Below are positions 48,218 through 59,273 of a DNA stretch of 64,000 nt, piece after piece (the stretch's first letter is position 1; each line of letters begins with the position of its first letter). Location of the stretch: contig CAVWXK010000001.1 of the NCBI GenBank assembly GCA_963759165.1, forward strand, positions 3,058,164 to 3,122,163. The letters are read 5' to 3'. This stretch comes from an uncultured Pseudomonadota bacterium (GTDB taxonomy: Bacteria; Desulfobacterota; Binatia; Binatales; Binataceae). The position numbers and the translations under genes are program-made. The notes under the pieces were generated by a model. That model did not search any database. It was not told the DNA's origin and saw nothing but the letters and a program-made list of their open reading frames with translations.

Positions 48218-49774
48218 TCATGAACCGAGCGCGGCCAGCGCCGCCGGAAGCTCTTCGATCACGTCACCGGTAATATAGCCGATCGGACCTCGGCTGCGCG
48301 CGACCCGATCGGCCGCGTCGCCATGGAGGAAAACCCCAAGCGCCAGAGCGTCGAGCGGCATCATCCCCTGGCCGAGCAGAGCCGCGAGCATCCCGGACAG
48401 AGCGTCGCCCATCCCCGGCGTGCCCATCCCGGGATTGCCGGTGGAATTGATGTAAATTTCGCCGTCGGGCCCGGCGATTACCGAACGGGCGCCTTTGAGC
48501 AGAACGAACGCACCGGTGCGATCGCTGAGGGTGCGCGCCGCCGTGATGCGATCGGCGTTGACCTGCGCGGTCGAAATCCTGAGCAGCCGCGCCATCTCCC
48601 CCGGATGCGGCGTCATCACGACCGGCCCGTGCGCGCTCCTGACGCTCTCGCATCCGATCTCGGCCAGCGCGTTGAGCGCGTCGGCGTCGATCAGTAGCGG
48701 TCGGTTGGGAGCCGTTCCCTCCTCGATCAGGAACGTGACCAACCGCTTCGTATCGTCGCTGACTCCGATACCCGGCCCGACCATCAGCGCGTCCTTGCCG
48801 GAGATCGCGGCGCTGAGACGCGCAATCGATGCGGTCGCATCGAAATGGCCGTCGCGGTCCGGCATCGGCTCGGTCATGATTTCCGCCTGACCGGCGGCCA
48901 CAATCGTGGCCACCGATTCGGGAATCGCCGCAGTGACCAGCCCGGCGCCCATTCGCAACGCGCCGCGCGCGGCGAGCAACGCGGCGCCGCCCTTCCCTCG
49001 CCCTCCGGCGATCACAAGCGGATGGCCGAATAGGCCTTTATGCGAATTCGCGGCGCGTGGACGGATAAGCGGCTTGATGTCCACCTTCTCAAGCCATCGC
49101 CCATGCGGCGCGATCTCCTCAATCGCCGCAGGGGCGAAGCCGATATCGGCGACTTCAAGCTCGCCGCAAAGCGCGCCGCCCGGATAGCTGAAATGCCCGA
49201 ACTTGGCCAATCCGAACGTTACGGTGAGAGATGCGGATACCGCCGCACCCATGATCGCGCCGGTATCGGCATTGATCCCCGAGGCGATATCCACCGCTAC
49301 CACCGGCGCACCGCTCGCGTTAATCAGTTCGATCGCCCGAAGCGGCAGGCCCGTGACGGCAGCGTTCAGCCCGATGCCGAAGACCGCGTCTACAATGATC
49401 GCCGGACGCTCGGCGAAAACCGCCGCGATCGCGTTCTCGTCGCACGCCTCGCGGACTTCGCCGCCGCTGTCGAGAAATTCGCGGCACGCCCGAGCCGCAT
49501 CGCCCTTGAGCTCCGAGATGCGCGCTAACAGGACGGCGCGAACTTTTGCGCCGCTATCCTTCAGCCGACGCGCCGCGACCATTCCGTCGCCACCGTTGTT
49601 GCCCTTGCCCGCCACGACCAGCACTCCGGCGGCGAGCGTATCGGGCCGGCGACGCGACAGCGCGAGCGCAACCGCTTCGCCCGCCCGAGTCATCAGCGAA
49701 TAGGAAGGGATACCGAACTTGTCCTGGCTTAGCCGGTCGAGCCGCCGGCTCTCTTCGGCGCTGAGCAGCTTCAC
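48218..49774 (-). CDS. nnr: Bifunctional NAD(P)H-hydrate repair enzyme (epimerase + ADP-dependent dehydratase)
   Basis: YjeF_N domain (GKGNNGGDG) plus a carbohydrate-kinase domain (GGRGKGGAALLAA, GTPGMGDALSG). Confidence 0.9.
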   Translation of the reverse strand: MKLLSAEESRRLDRLSQDKFGIPSYSLMTRAGEAVALALSRRRPDTLAAGVLVVAGKGNNGGDGMVAARRLKDSGAKVRAVLLARISELKGDAARACREFLDSGGEVREACDENAIAAVFAERPAIIVDAVFGIGLNAAVTGLPLRAIELINASGAPVVAVDIASGINADTGAIMGAAVSASLTVTFGLAKFGHFSYPGGALCGELEVADIGFAPAAIEEIAPHGRWLEKVDIKPLIRPRAANSHKGLFGHPLVIAGGRGKGGAALLAARGALRMGAGLVTAAIPESVATIVAAGQAEIMTEPMPDRDGHFDATASIARLSAAISGKDALMVGPGIGVSDDTKRLVTFLIEEGTAPNRPLLIDADALNALAEIGCESVRSAHGPVVMTPHPGEMARLLRISTAQVNADRITAARTLSDRTGAFVLLKGARSVIAGPDGEIYINSTGNPGMGTPGMGDALSGMLAALLGQGMMPLDALALGVFLHGDAADRVARSRGPIGYITGDVIEELPAALAALGS

Positions 49775-49861
49775 AGATTTATCCTACCAAAGCGCGATAG
49801 CCCGCCGCATCGGGGGCCGAGGAGACCGATTTCGGGCAACCTCCGTGACGGATACGCGGAT

Positions 49862-50665
49862 TCAGCGGCGGCGCGGCGCTGCGCGCTTCGCGTCCTGCGC
49901 GGTCGCTCGCGCCATCAGGACCTTCATCTCGCGAACCGCCCGCTCCACCCCGACCATCACGGCGCGCGCGACGATCGCATGGCCGATATGAAGCCAGCGC
50001 AATCCCGAAATCGCCGCGATCGGCCCGACGTTGCGATAGTTAAGCCCGTGGCCGGCGTTGGGTTTGAGCTTGAGCGAGCGCGCGATTCTCACCGCCTCAT
50101 AAATTTTGTCGAGCTCGGCGCTGGACGCTTCACCGAGTTGAGGCCGGCTCGCGCGGCCGGATGGGTCGGCGAACTCTTTCTCGCGGATATTCGCGTAGGT
50201 GCCGGTATGCAGCTCGACAAAGTCCGCGCCGAGCCGCGCCGCCGCTTCCACCTGCCTGCGATCCGGCTCGATGAACAAGCTGACGCCGATGCGTGCGGCG
50301 CGAAACCGCGCGATTATCGGCCCAAGACGATCGCTCAGGCCCACGGCATCGAGTCCGCCCTCGGTGGTGAGTTCCTCGCGCCGCTCGGGCACGATGCAGA
50401 CCTCATTGGGCCTCACCCTGAGCGCCAGCTCGACCATCCCGTCGGTCGGCGCGAGCTCCTGGTTCAGATGAACGTTGATTGCTTCGCGGATGCGGAACAG
50501 ATCGTTGTCATGGATATGGCGGCGATCCTCGCGGACATGAAGGGTGATAGCGTCTGCGCCGGCTTTGATTGCCGCCATCGCCGCCTCGAGCGGATCGGGA
50601 TAGCTGACGCGGCGCGCCTCGCGCAGGGTCGCGACGTGATCGACGTTGACTCCGAGCTTCAGCAT
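49862..50665 (-). CDS. pdxJ: Pyridoxine 5'-phosphate synthase
   Basis: Probable start MLKLGVNVDHVATLREAR (ATG 50665, just after the glmM stop). The track ORF extends to 50716. Confidence 0.93.
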   Translation of the reverse strand: MLKLGVNVDHVATLREARRVSYPDPLEAAMAAIKAGADAITLHVREDRRHIHDNDLFRIREAINVHLNQELAPTDGMVELALRVRPNEVCIVPERREELTTEGGLDAVGLSDRLGPIIARFRAARIGVSLFIEPDRRQVEAAARLGADFVELHTGTYANIREKEFADPSGRASRPQLGEASSAELDKIYEAVRIARSLKLKPNAGHGLNYRNVGPIAAISGLRWLHIGHAIVARAVMVGVERAVREMKVLMARATAQDAKRAAPRRR

Positions 50666-50669
50666 CGCG

Positions 50670-52043
50670 CTACGATTCGGCGCCGATGCGTTTGGAAATC
50701 GCGGCGCAGACTTCATGGGCGAGCGTTTTGATAGCGGCGGCGTCCTCTCCCTCGATCATCACCCGGGCGAGCATCTCGGTGCCGGAGTAGCGCACCAGGA
50801 TCCGACCGGCGTTGCCCAGCCGCGCCTCGACGGCGTGGATAAGCGTCGTCACTTCCGGCATCCGGCTCAACGGTAAGCGCTCCCTGACGCGAACGTTTTC
50901 GAGCACCTGCGGCATCCGTTCCATCACGCGCAGTTCGCGCAGCGCCTTGCCGCTTTCAACCATGTGGGCGAACACCAACAACGTGGTGATGAGACCGTCG
51001 CCAGTGGTTGAGTGATCCATGAAAATGATGTGGCCCGATTGCTCGCCGCCGAGATTGTAGGAGTGCGCGCGCATCTCGCGCGACACCGCGGGATCTCCCA
51101 CCTCGGTGCGAACCAGGCGGACGCCCGCCTCGGCGAGCGAACGCTCCAGCCCGAAGTTACTCATCACCGTCGCCACCACCGTATTCGCGGCGAGTTTGCC
51201 CTCGGCGGCCATCTTGCGCCCCATCATCGCCATCACGTCGTCGCCGTCGAGGATGTTTCCGGCGGCGTCCACGATCATCGCCCGGTCGCCGTCGCCGTCC
51301 AGCGCGATACCGACGTCGGCCCGCTCCCGTTTCACCGCTTCACGCAGCTTCTCCGGATGAAGCGCGCCGCAACCGAGGTTAATGTTTTTGCCGTCGGGAT
51401 CGACGCCGAGCGCCACCACGTCGGCGCCAAGCTCTTCGAGCACCTCGGGACCGACCCTGTAGGCGGCGCCGTTGGCGCAGTCGATAACGACTTTGAGTCC
51501 GTCCAGCACCAGGTTGCGCGGCAGACAGGCCTTCAGAAAGATCAGGTAGCGGCCGATCGCGTCATCGATTCGCGCCGCCTTGCCGATATCCTCGGCGGTC
51601 GGCCGCCGATTGCCGAACGCGCCTTCGTCGAAGACCGCTTCCTCGATCTGACGCTCGATCGCGTCGTCGAGCTTGAACCCGTCGCGCGAGAAAATCTTGA
51701 TGCCGTTGTCCTGGAAGGGGTTGTGCGAGGCCGAGATTACCACGCCGGCGTCGGCTCGCATGCTGCGGGTCAGGAACGCGATTCCGGGCGTCGGCAGCGG
51801 GCCGACCAGCAGCACGTCAGCGCCCATTGAGCAGATCCCCGACGCCATCGCGGTCTCCAGCATGTAGCCGGACAGCCGCGTGTCCTTGCCGATCAAAATT
51901 CGATGGTGCCGCCCGGGAGCCTTCTTGAATACATAGGCGAGGGCCCGGCCGAGCTTGAGCGCGATCTCGGAAGTGATCGGATCGATGTTCGCGATTCCGC
52001 GAATCCCGTCGGTGCCGAACAGTCTGCGGCTATCGTTTTGCAT
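50670..52043 (-). CDS. glmM: Phosphoglucosamine mutase
   Basis: FGTDGIRG, active-site SASHNPFQDNGIK. ATG 52043 is preferred over GTG 52064. Confidence 0.95.
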   Translation of the reverse strand: MQNDSRRLFGTDGIRGIANIDPITSEIALKLGRALAYVFKKAPGRHHRILIGKDTRLSGYMLETAMASGICSMGADVLLVGPLPTPGIAFLTRSMRADAGVVISASHNPFQDNGIKIFSRDGFKLDDAIERQIEEAVFDEGAFGNRRPTAEDIGKAARIDDAIGRYLIFLKACLPRNLVLDGLKVVIDCANGAAYRVGPEVLEELGADVVALGVDPDGKNINLGCGALHPEKLREAVKRERADVGIALDGDGDRAMIVDAAGNILDGDDVMAMMGRKMAAEGKLAANTVVATVMSNFGLERSLAEAGVRLVRTEVGDPAVSREMRAHSYNLGGEQSGHIIFMDHSTTGDGLITTLLVFAHMVESGKALRELRVMERMPQVLENVRVRERLPLSRMPEVTTLIHAVEARLGNAGRILVRYSGTEMLARVMIEGEDAAAIKTLAHEVCAAISKRIGAES

Positions 52044-53010
52044 TGGATCGCTTTTGAACCGCACGGCTTGCCCCCTTCGCGAACAGGCGAAGCTTGATTT
52101 TTAACGGCGTCTGGCGCACCAGATCGACTCCCTCCGGCAGATCAACCTTTACCGGCAACTCGTTCGATCCGGGTCCCACGCCCAGCGCTTCGACGTAAAC
52201 CGCCCCGTCAAGATTAAGGGTGGAAAGTTTGTTCATCGAGCCTCGCACCGTGACTTCCGCCCGATCAGGCTCGATTTTATATTCCAGAGCGGCATCGCGT
52301 ACCCGGATTTCCAGTTCGTGGAAACGACGATCGGTCACGACTTCCTGAAGCCTGACCGTGCCCGCCACCTGCTCGATTGAAAGCCTGATTAAGCCGCCTG
52401 GATTTATCACGCCCACCTCACGCGAGACGTCTGCCGAAGCGCCGTCAACGTCGAACGGTGCGGTCTCGAGTTTTTGCAGCCGGCCAACTTCGCGGCCCGG
52501 CCCGGTAACCGTAACCGTCGGCGGTTTAACATCCACCGCCGAAATCGTGTAGCCGCGCGCCGCCCGACCGCCGACGCTCAAATGGACCGGCACTTGCCTG
52601 CTCACCAACTGGTCGACATCCAGTCTGATTTGAGCCGGCGAAATTCGCTCGATGCGTGTCTGGCGCGGAACGTTGAAGCGGTCGGGACCGATATTAAAAT
52701 CAGCCTGTCCGGGCGCGACTCCGGCCAGGTCGAGCCGCAACGTGAGTCTGCCGGGATCGAGCAGGGAAAGCAGGGTGCGAGGTCCCGAGACGACAAGGTT
52801 CACAAACTCGGGATGCGCGTTTACGATCATCAGGTTGGCCGGCAGGCCGCGATACGCGACCGGAATCTGGAGCGAGATTTCGGCGTCGCGCTGACCCGCG
52901 TTGACCAGCAGCCAGAGACCGACCGCCACCAGCAGGGAGATGACCCTCAGGCCGATGTTGCGTGTCAGCGCCTGCTTTACGTTCGATCCCCGCATGGATG
53001 CCTGATTCAC
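52030..53010 (-). CDS. cdaR: YbbR-domain protein (CdaR-type regulator of diadenylate cyclase)
   Basis: N-terminal TM plus repeated YbbR-like beta domains (..V.V.GP....L......V.VDL.G). Sits between cdaA and glmM as in the conserved cdaA-cdaR-glmM operon. Confidence 0.8.
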   Translation of the reverse strand: MNQASMRGSNVKQALTRNIGLRVISLLVAVGLWLLVNAGQRDAEISLQIPVAYRGLPANLMIVNAHPEFVNLVVSGPRTLLSLLDPGRLTLRLDLAGVAPGQADFNIGPDRFNVPRQTRIERISPAQIRLDVDQLVSRQVPVHLSVGGRAARGYTISAVDVKPPTVTVTGPGREVGRLQKLETAPFDVDGASADVSREVGVINPGGLIRLSIEQVAGTVRLQEVVTDRRFHELEIRVRDAALEYKIEPDRAEVTVRGSMNKLSTLNLDGAVYVEALGVGPGSNELPVKVDLPEGVDLVRQTPLKIKLRLFAKGASRAVQKRSNAKR

Positions 53011-53035
53011 CGCTCACCGACCAGGATGACGCCGC

Positions 53036-53803
53036 TCAGGCGGCTGACAGCTCTTGCAAGGTTGCGCGCAAGGCGGAAGGTTCCAGACCCCGTGCGATGG
53101 TTCCACCGTGGGCCACGGAGATGGTGCCGTCCTCTTCCGAAACCACGATCACGTACGCGTCGGTTTCTTCCGTGATCCCGATCGCAGCACGATGGCGCGT
53201 ACCGAGCGTCCGGCTGACGCCGGGATTGGCCGATAGCGGAAGCAGACACGCGGCGGCAAGGATCCGGTCGCCCCTGCCGATAACCGCACCGTCATGGAGC
53301 GGCGATCCCGGCATGAAGATCGTTTCCAGCAGATCGGCGGAAAGATGGGCGTCGATCCTGCTTCCCGACTCGATATACTCGTTCAGACCGGTGCCCTGCT
53401 CGAGTACGATCAGGGCGCCGATGCGATGGGCCGAGAGCCAGGTCGCGGCCTGGACCAGTTCTTCGGCCACCGCCGCACTGCTCGCCGGGGGCTCAAACAG
53501 TTGAAAGAACTGGCGCGAACCCACTCCGGTCAGAGCGCGGCGGATGTCGGTCTGGAAAATTACCACAAGGATTAAGATTAACGACCCGAGAAAACTGTTC
53601 AGCAGCCAGTTGAGCGTGAACAGCCCGAGCATCTGCGAGGCGACGTAGGCGGCTCCCAGAACCACCAACCCCGCCACCATCTGCATCGCGCGCGTGCCGC
53701 GGATAAGCACCGCGATGCGATAGATCACGAAGGCGACAATCAGGATGTCAGCGGCGTCCTGCCAGCGCAGTGGAGGTATTACATCAAGATATCCGTGCAT
53801 CAC
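53036..53803 (-). CDS. cdaA: Membrane diadenylate cyclase (c-di-AMP synthase) CdaA
   Basis: Three N-terminal TM helices plus a DAC domain: HDGAVI, GTRHRAAIGITEETDA. Confidence 0.93.
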   Translation of the reverse strand: MMHGYLDVIPPLRWQDAADILIVAFVIYRIAVLIRGTRAMQMVAGLVVLGAAYVASQMLGLFTLNWLLNSFLGSLILILVVIFQTDIRRALTGVGSRQFFQLFEPPASSAAVAEELVQAATWLSAHRIGALIVLEQGTGLNEYIESGSRIDAHLSADLLETIFMPGSPLHDGAVIGRGDRILAAACLLPLSANPGVSRTLGTRHRAAIGITEETDAYVIVVSEEDGTISVAHGGTIARGLEPSALRATLQELSAA

Positions 53804-53840
53804 TCATCGCGGCGTTCCATGCCGACAACCACATTCCATC

Positions 53841-54759
53841 CTACAGGTTTTTCACCGATGGTGCGCACAACGCCGACGCCATCCGCACCACCGCCGCCAT
53901 CGGCCCCGGGTCGTGCACTCGTACGATGGCGGCTCCCCCGGCGATCGCCAGCGCCACCGCCGCCGCGGTGCCAAACAACAGGTCGATGTCGGTTTCTCCC
54001 GCGATCTGCCGCACGAAACTCTTGCGCGATACACCTACCAATACCGGATATCCCAGCCTGCACAGGTGCGGCAAGGCGTTCAGCAGTTGAAGATTATGGG
54101 TCGCGGTCTTGGCGAAGCCAATCCCGGGATCGAGAACGATCCGTGAGCGCGCGACCCCGGCCTTGACGGCCGCACGGGCGCGACCGGCCAGATACTCGCG
54201 CACTTCGCCGACGACGTCCCGATAGCGCGCCAGACGCATCATGGTCGCCGGCGTGCCCCGCATGTGCATCAGGATTACGGCAGCGCGCGCATCCGCCACC
54301 GTCTTCGCCATCGCCGGATCGAACTCCATCGCGCTTACGTCGTTGACGATCGTCGCGCCCTCATCCAGCGCCGCGTGCGCGACCGAGGCCTTGCGGGTAT
54401 CGATCGATATCGGCCGGCCGAGTTTGCCGCGCAAGGCGCGAATTACCGGAAGCACGCGGCTCAGTTCGTCTTCGGACGAAACCTCCCCGGCGCCGGGACG
54501 AGTCGATTCGCCGCCGATATCGATTATGTCGCGCTCCGGCCCGCGCCATCCCGATTGCGTGCTCGACGGCATGGTCGGGATCAGCGTAACGGCCCCCATC
54601 GGAGAACGAATCCGGCGTGACGTTGAGCACGCCCATCACCACCGGAAACCGGATGAGGCTTCCGTCGCTGAGCCGAAGCCCCCCGCGAAAGCGCTCCGCG
54701 GCCTTTAACCGGGTGTTCTTGATCACCTCGGCTTGCTCTACCTTAGACGGGGACGACAT
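53841..54759 (-). CDS. folP: Dihydropteroate synthase; frame broken by one extra base near 54531-54533
   Basis: VMGVLNVTPDSFSDGG...HAIGMARAGA | DIIDIGGESTRPGA... On the minus strand GGA GCG C GAC ATA; removing one base joins ORFs 54361..54894 and 53841..54599. The start is uncertain (ATG 54759). Confidence 0.9.
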
Positions 54760-55637
54760 CGTGAAAGTGCCGATAGTCGATCCGCATCCGACCGTCGGGA
54801 AGCCGGCCAAGGATATCGACAAAGCGGGCATTCCAGACGATCTCGTCAGCGGCGTAAGATTGACGGGCATGGATGGTCTGGGCATAGGTTTCATCCAGGC
54901 CGGTCAAGGATACGATGATCTCGGCCTCCGCAGCGGCGAGTGAGGCGGGAGTTGCTTTCCAAAAGGGGCTTCGTTCGTCGATCGGATGAATCGCGGTCCA
55001 GCTCAAAGCGAAGGACGGATTTTGTCGGCGCACCAACCGCAGATCGATGGACGCGGCGCACAAGCACGTTCTCCGCGGTGGTCTCGATCCGCATCAGTAC
55101 CGCGTGAACCTGGGCTTCGATAATCCGGTTGTTGCGTTCGTTGGCCATCCGAAACATCAGACTCGGCACACCATCCCACGGAGAAATGACCGCAACCCGA
55201 CTGAAAAGCACGTGCGCCGTGGGCCGCGAGAATTTCGCGAAGATCAGGCCTGTTGCGATCGCGAGCCCGAGCAAGCCTGTCATAGATTCGATTGTAACCA
55301 GGACATTGGCGAGTGGCGTACGCGGAACCATCTTGCCGAAACCAATCGTCGCCATGGTCTGCACGCTGAAGAAAAACGCGTCGGCGAACGAGCCGGGTCG
55401 GGCGTTTTCGATGCTGTCGCCGCCGAGCACATAGCCGAGGGCAAACACCGCGTTGGCGACAACGTAGAGCAGCCCTAAGACCATCACCAGCCCCGGCCAT
55501 GAGGCCTCCAGCAGAAAAAGATACAGGTCGTTCCGGTATTTGCGCGAGAGGCCCGTGCAGACAACGACGTCAGAGTTTCGGCTCTCGGAACGTCTGGACC
55601 ACCATCGGCCTTTTCGCGAAATCAAACCGCTCGCCAT
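54743..55637 (-). CDS. KirBac-type inward-rectifier K+ channel; frame broken by one extra base at about 55046
   Basis: Pore helix/filter FFFSVQTMATIGFGK. Cytoplasmic Ig-like domain matches KirBac (…RRVH|DLRLVRRQNPSF..., IDERSPF, MRIDYRHFHDVVPV). On the minus strand CAT C GAT CTG. Confidence 0.85.
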
Positions 55638-55810
55638 TTCCTTCCCGGAATATACCTGCCGTGCTTATTCGCGCCAGCGCGGCCGCCGGGTATAGAGCGC
55701 ACGGAATACAGCTATTGAACAGGTCGCGGGAAGCCCGGAAGACAATCCCTTGGCCGCCGGCGAACATCGCGGAACGCTACGGAGCGACTCAGGACCCGAC
55801 TTAAGTCGGG

Positions 55811-57740
55811 TCAGGCCAGAACCGGCTTGGGAGGCAGGCCGGGAATCGGCTGCTCCTCCTCGACCTTCTTCGGCCGTTCTTTGGCGGATTCAGGCGCGCG
55901 AGGCTGGCCGATGCCGAAACCGCCGGCTCGCCATCGCGGTATCTCCCTGCCCTCGCGGTAGGCGGCAACCATCGCTTCGACTTCGCTGCCGTCGAGCACT
56001 TCTTTTTCCAGCAGGCGCTCGGCGATGATGTGCAGCAGCGGCAGATTTTCCGAAAGCAGAGTGCGCGCCTTGTCGTAGGACGCCTGAATCATCCGGCGCA
56101 CCTCGTGGTCGATTTCGATCGCGGTGTGCTCGGAGTAGTCCTTGTGATGGGCGATATCGCGGCCGAGGAAAACCTGTTCCTCCTTGCGGCCGAAAGTCAT
56201 CGGGCCGAGTCTGGCTCATGCCCCACTCGCACACCATCTTGCGCGCCAGTTCGGTCGCCTTCTCGATATCGTCACCCGCACCGGTGGTGGTGTGGTCGAA
56301 AATCAGCTCCTCGGCGACCCTGCCGCCGAACATCATCGCCAGCCGCGTTATCAGGTAATCGCTCGAATAGGTGTAACGATCGTCGAGCGGAAGCTGTTGC
56401 GTCACCCCCAAGGCCATGCCCCTCGGGATGATCGTGACCTTGTGCACCGGGTCGGCGCCGGGCAGCAGTATCGCGACCAGCGCGTGGCCGCCCTCGTGAT
56501 AGGCGGTGTTGCGCCGCTCCTCCAGCGACATCACCATCGAGCGCCGTTCGGCGCCCATCATGACCTTGTCCTTGGCGAGCTCGAAATCGCGCATGTCGAC
56601 TTTTTCTTTGTTCTCTCGCGCCGCGAGCAGGGCTGCTTCGTTAACCAGGTTCTCCAGGTCGGCACCCGCGAATCCCGGCGTTCCCCGCGCCAGCTTCTCG
56701 ATAACTACGTCGTCAGCGATCGGAACCCGCCGGGTATGGACCTTCAGGATGCCTTCGCGGCCCCTGATATCGGGACGCGGCACCACGACCCGCCGGTCGA
56801 ACCGTCCGGGCCTCAGCAGCGCCGGATCGAGCACGTCGGGACGGTTGGTCGCGGCAACCAGGATTACTCCTTCGTTCGCCTCGAAGCCGTCCATCTCGAC
56901 CAGCAGTTGATTGAGAGTCTGCTCGCGCTCGTCATGTCCACCGCCGAGGCCGGCCCCGCGATGGCGTCCTACGGCGTCGATCTCATCGATAAATATGATG
57001 CAGGGGGCGTGTTTCTTGCCCTGAACGAAAAGATCCCGCACCCGCGAAGCGCCGACGCCGACAAACATCTCGACGAAATCGGAACCGGATATCGAAAAGA
57101 ACGGTACCCCGGCCTCTCCGGCGATTGCCCGCGCCAGCAAGGTTTTGCCGGTGCCGGGCGCTCCGACCAGGATTACGCCCTTGGGAATCCGTCCGCCGAG
57201 CTTGGTGAAGCGCTTGGGATCCTTGAGGAACTGGATTATTTCCTCGAGCTCGTCCTTGGCCTCGTCGATCCCGGCCACATCCGCGAAGGTCACCTTGTGG
57301 GTATTTTCATTCAGCAGCTTGGCGCGGCTCTTGCCGAACGACATCGCCTTGCCGCCGCCGACCTGCATCTGGCGCATGAAGAAAATCCACACCCCGACCA
57401 GCAGCAGCATCGGGAACCACTGCACCAGCGCGACCATCCACCATGGGTCGCCATCCTCCGGCTTGGCGGCGATTTTCACGCCTTTTTGCCGTAGAACCTT
57501 GACCAAATCGGGATCGTGCGGGGCGTAGGTCTTGAAGGACTTTCCGTCGGTACCATGCCCGTGGATCGAGTTGCCCTGAATCGTGACCTCGGCTATCTGG
57601 CTGCGGTCAACCTGGTTCAGGAATTCAGAAAAAATAAGGTCCGGTTCACGGGTCTGCTGCCTGCTGAAGATATTGAACAAAAGCAGGAACATCAGCCCGA
57701 GCACCAGCCATAGAGCTATGCTGCGGGAAAATTGATTCAT
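55811..57740 (-). CDS. ftsH: ATP-dependent zinc metalloprotease FtsH; frame broken near 56205-56213
   Basis: [21 protein letters not shown] region, HEGGHA. ...CEWGMSQ | (L)[18 protein letters not shown]... joins ORFs 55890..57740 and 55811..56200. Total length is 3n+1. Confidence 0.93.
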
Positions 57741-57778
57741 GTTCTAAATGTTCTAAATAATGACGCTAGCACGCGGCT

Positions 57779-59191
57779 TTATTCGCAGGCAACCAAGGGC
57801 TTCGCGCGAAGGCGCAGGACGCGACGCGTGGTCGGGGTCACCAACGCGACGCAGCCGCGGGTGATTCCCGGCAGCCACGCGATATCCGCGCCGAGCGCCA
57901 TGATCGGGAAAGTTCCCCGTTGCTCCCTCGGCAGCTTGAGATCGATAAAGATGTCTTTCACTTTGCGGCTGCCGCCCAACCCGATCGGAACAATCCGGTC
58001 GCCCGGCGTGAAGTTCCTTGCTACCAGCCCCGGACCGATCTGGTCGCAGTCGAACAGCGCTTCCGATTTGATTCCCGGCAGGACGGCCGAATCGGCCGAA
58101 ATCAGCTCCGCCGCAAATAGGACGCCGGCCTGATTCACGACCGTCGTTCCAGGAACGGCCAGCCGAACAGCGAATCGGGGGCTTTTTTCTTCAGTCACCT
58201 TCCGTTGGACGAACAGGAGTGTCCCGTATTCGCGCCGCACACGCCATCCGCCGGGCAGGTCCAGCCTGCCGTTGGGCGGCCCTTCGAGGATTAGCCGCCG
58301 CATCGCCTCGATATGCGCCCGACCGATCCCGCGCAAGTCGCCCTTGATCCGGGCGATAAAGCTCCGCATCACGGCGCTCTGAAGCGCGGGATGCAACCGC
58401 TCGAAGCTCACGATCTCAAGCTCGCCCCGGTTCCCAAGCCGCCGCTCTAATTCATGGCGGGCCAAGCCGTCGATGAGATCGTCCAACTCGCCCATCTCGC
58501 CGGCCAGGTCGACCAGCCGGCCGCGAAGCCCCGGCGCGTAGTCGCGTTCGAGCGTCGGCATCAGTTCATTGCGCACCCGATTTCTCGACATCGCCAGCGA
58601 GGTATTGCTGCTGTCGACGACGTAGGCCGCGTCGCGCGAGCCGAGGTAGGCCGCAATGTCCTCGCGGCTCAGAGCGAGCATCGGGCGAATCAGCCTCGCC
58701 GGCCCCGCCGATGCCATCGCGGCCAAGCCCGCCACGCCGGTACCTCGCAACAATCGGAGCAGAACCGTCTCGGCCTGATCGTCCGCATGATGGGCGAGCG
58801 CGATGTACGCGGCGCCCATCTCGTCCGCCGCGTCGCGCAGAAAGGCGTGCCGCAGCTCCCGCGCCCGTTCCTCCAGGTTCGCCATCGAGGCGTCGAGTCC
58901 GTCGGCGATACCGACCCTGAGCTCGATTCCGAGCCGGGCGCAGAGATCGCGCACGAACGCCTCGTCGCGCTCCGACTCGGCGCCGCGCAAGCGATGGTTG
59001 AGATGGGCGGCGGCAAGCCGATAGCCGAAGCGCTCGCGCAGCTCGATCAAAACATGCAGGAGAGCAACCGAATCCGGCCCGCCCGAGAGAGCAACCAGAA
59101 TCAGATCGCCGGGATGGGGTACGATTCGGCCCAGCGCCCGCGCGACCTCATCGAGCACGACGCCCGCGATATTTTTTCCAGCGCGATCCAT
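57779..59191 (-). CDS. tilS: tRNA(Ile)-lysidine synthase
   Basis: PP-loop LVALSGGPDSVALLHVL; 470 aa with a TilS C-terminal domain. Confidence 0.9.
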   Translation of the reverse strand: MDRAGKNIAGVVLDEVARALGRIVPHPGDLILVALSGGPDSVALLHVLIELRERFGYRLAAAHLNHRLRGAESERDEAFVRDLCARLGIELRVGIADGLDASMANLEERARELRHAFLRDAADEMGAAYIALAHHADDQAETVLLRLLRGTGVAGLAAMASAGPARLIRPMLALSREDIAAYLGSRDAAYVVDSSNTSLAMSRNRVRNELMPTLERDYAPGLRGRLVDLAGEMGELDDLIDGLARHELERRLGNRGELEIVSFERLHPALQSAVMRSFIARIKGDLRGIGRAHIEAMRRLILEGPPNGRLDLPGGWRVRREYGTLLFVQRKVTEEKSPRFAVRLAVPGTTVVNQAGVLFAAELISADSAVLPGIKSEALFDCDQIGPGLVARNFTPGDRIVPIGLGGSRKVKDIFIDLKLPREQRGTFPIMALGADIAWLPGITRGCVALVTPTTRRVLRLRAKPLVACE

Positions 59192-59273
59192 TTACTTATG
59201 ATCAACGCTACGCGGTCCTAACGGTGGGCGGCAAGGCCGCCTGCGACGGCCTGACGAGAAAGACCCTGTGCTG

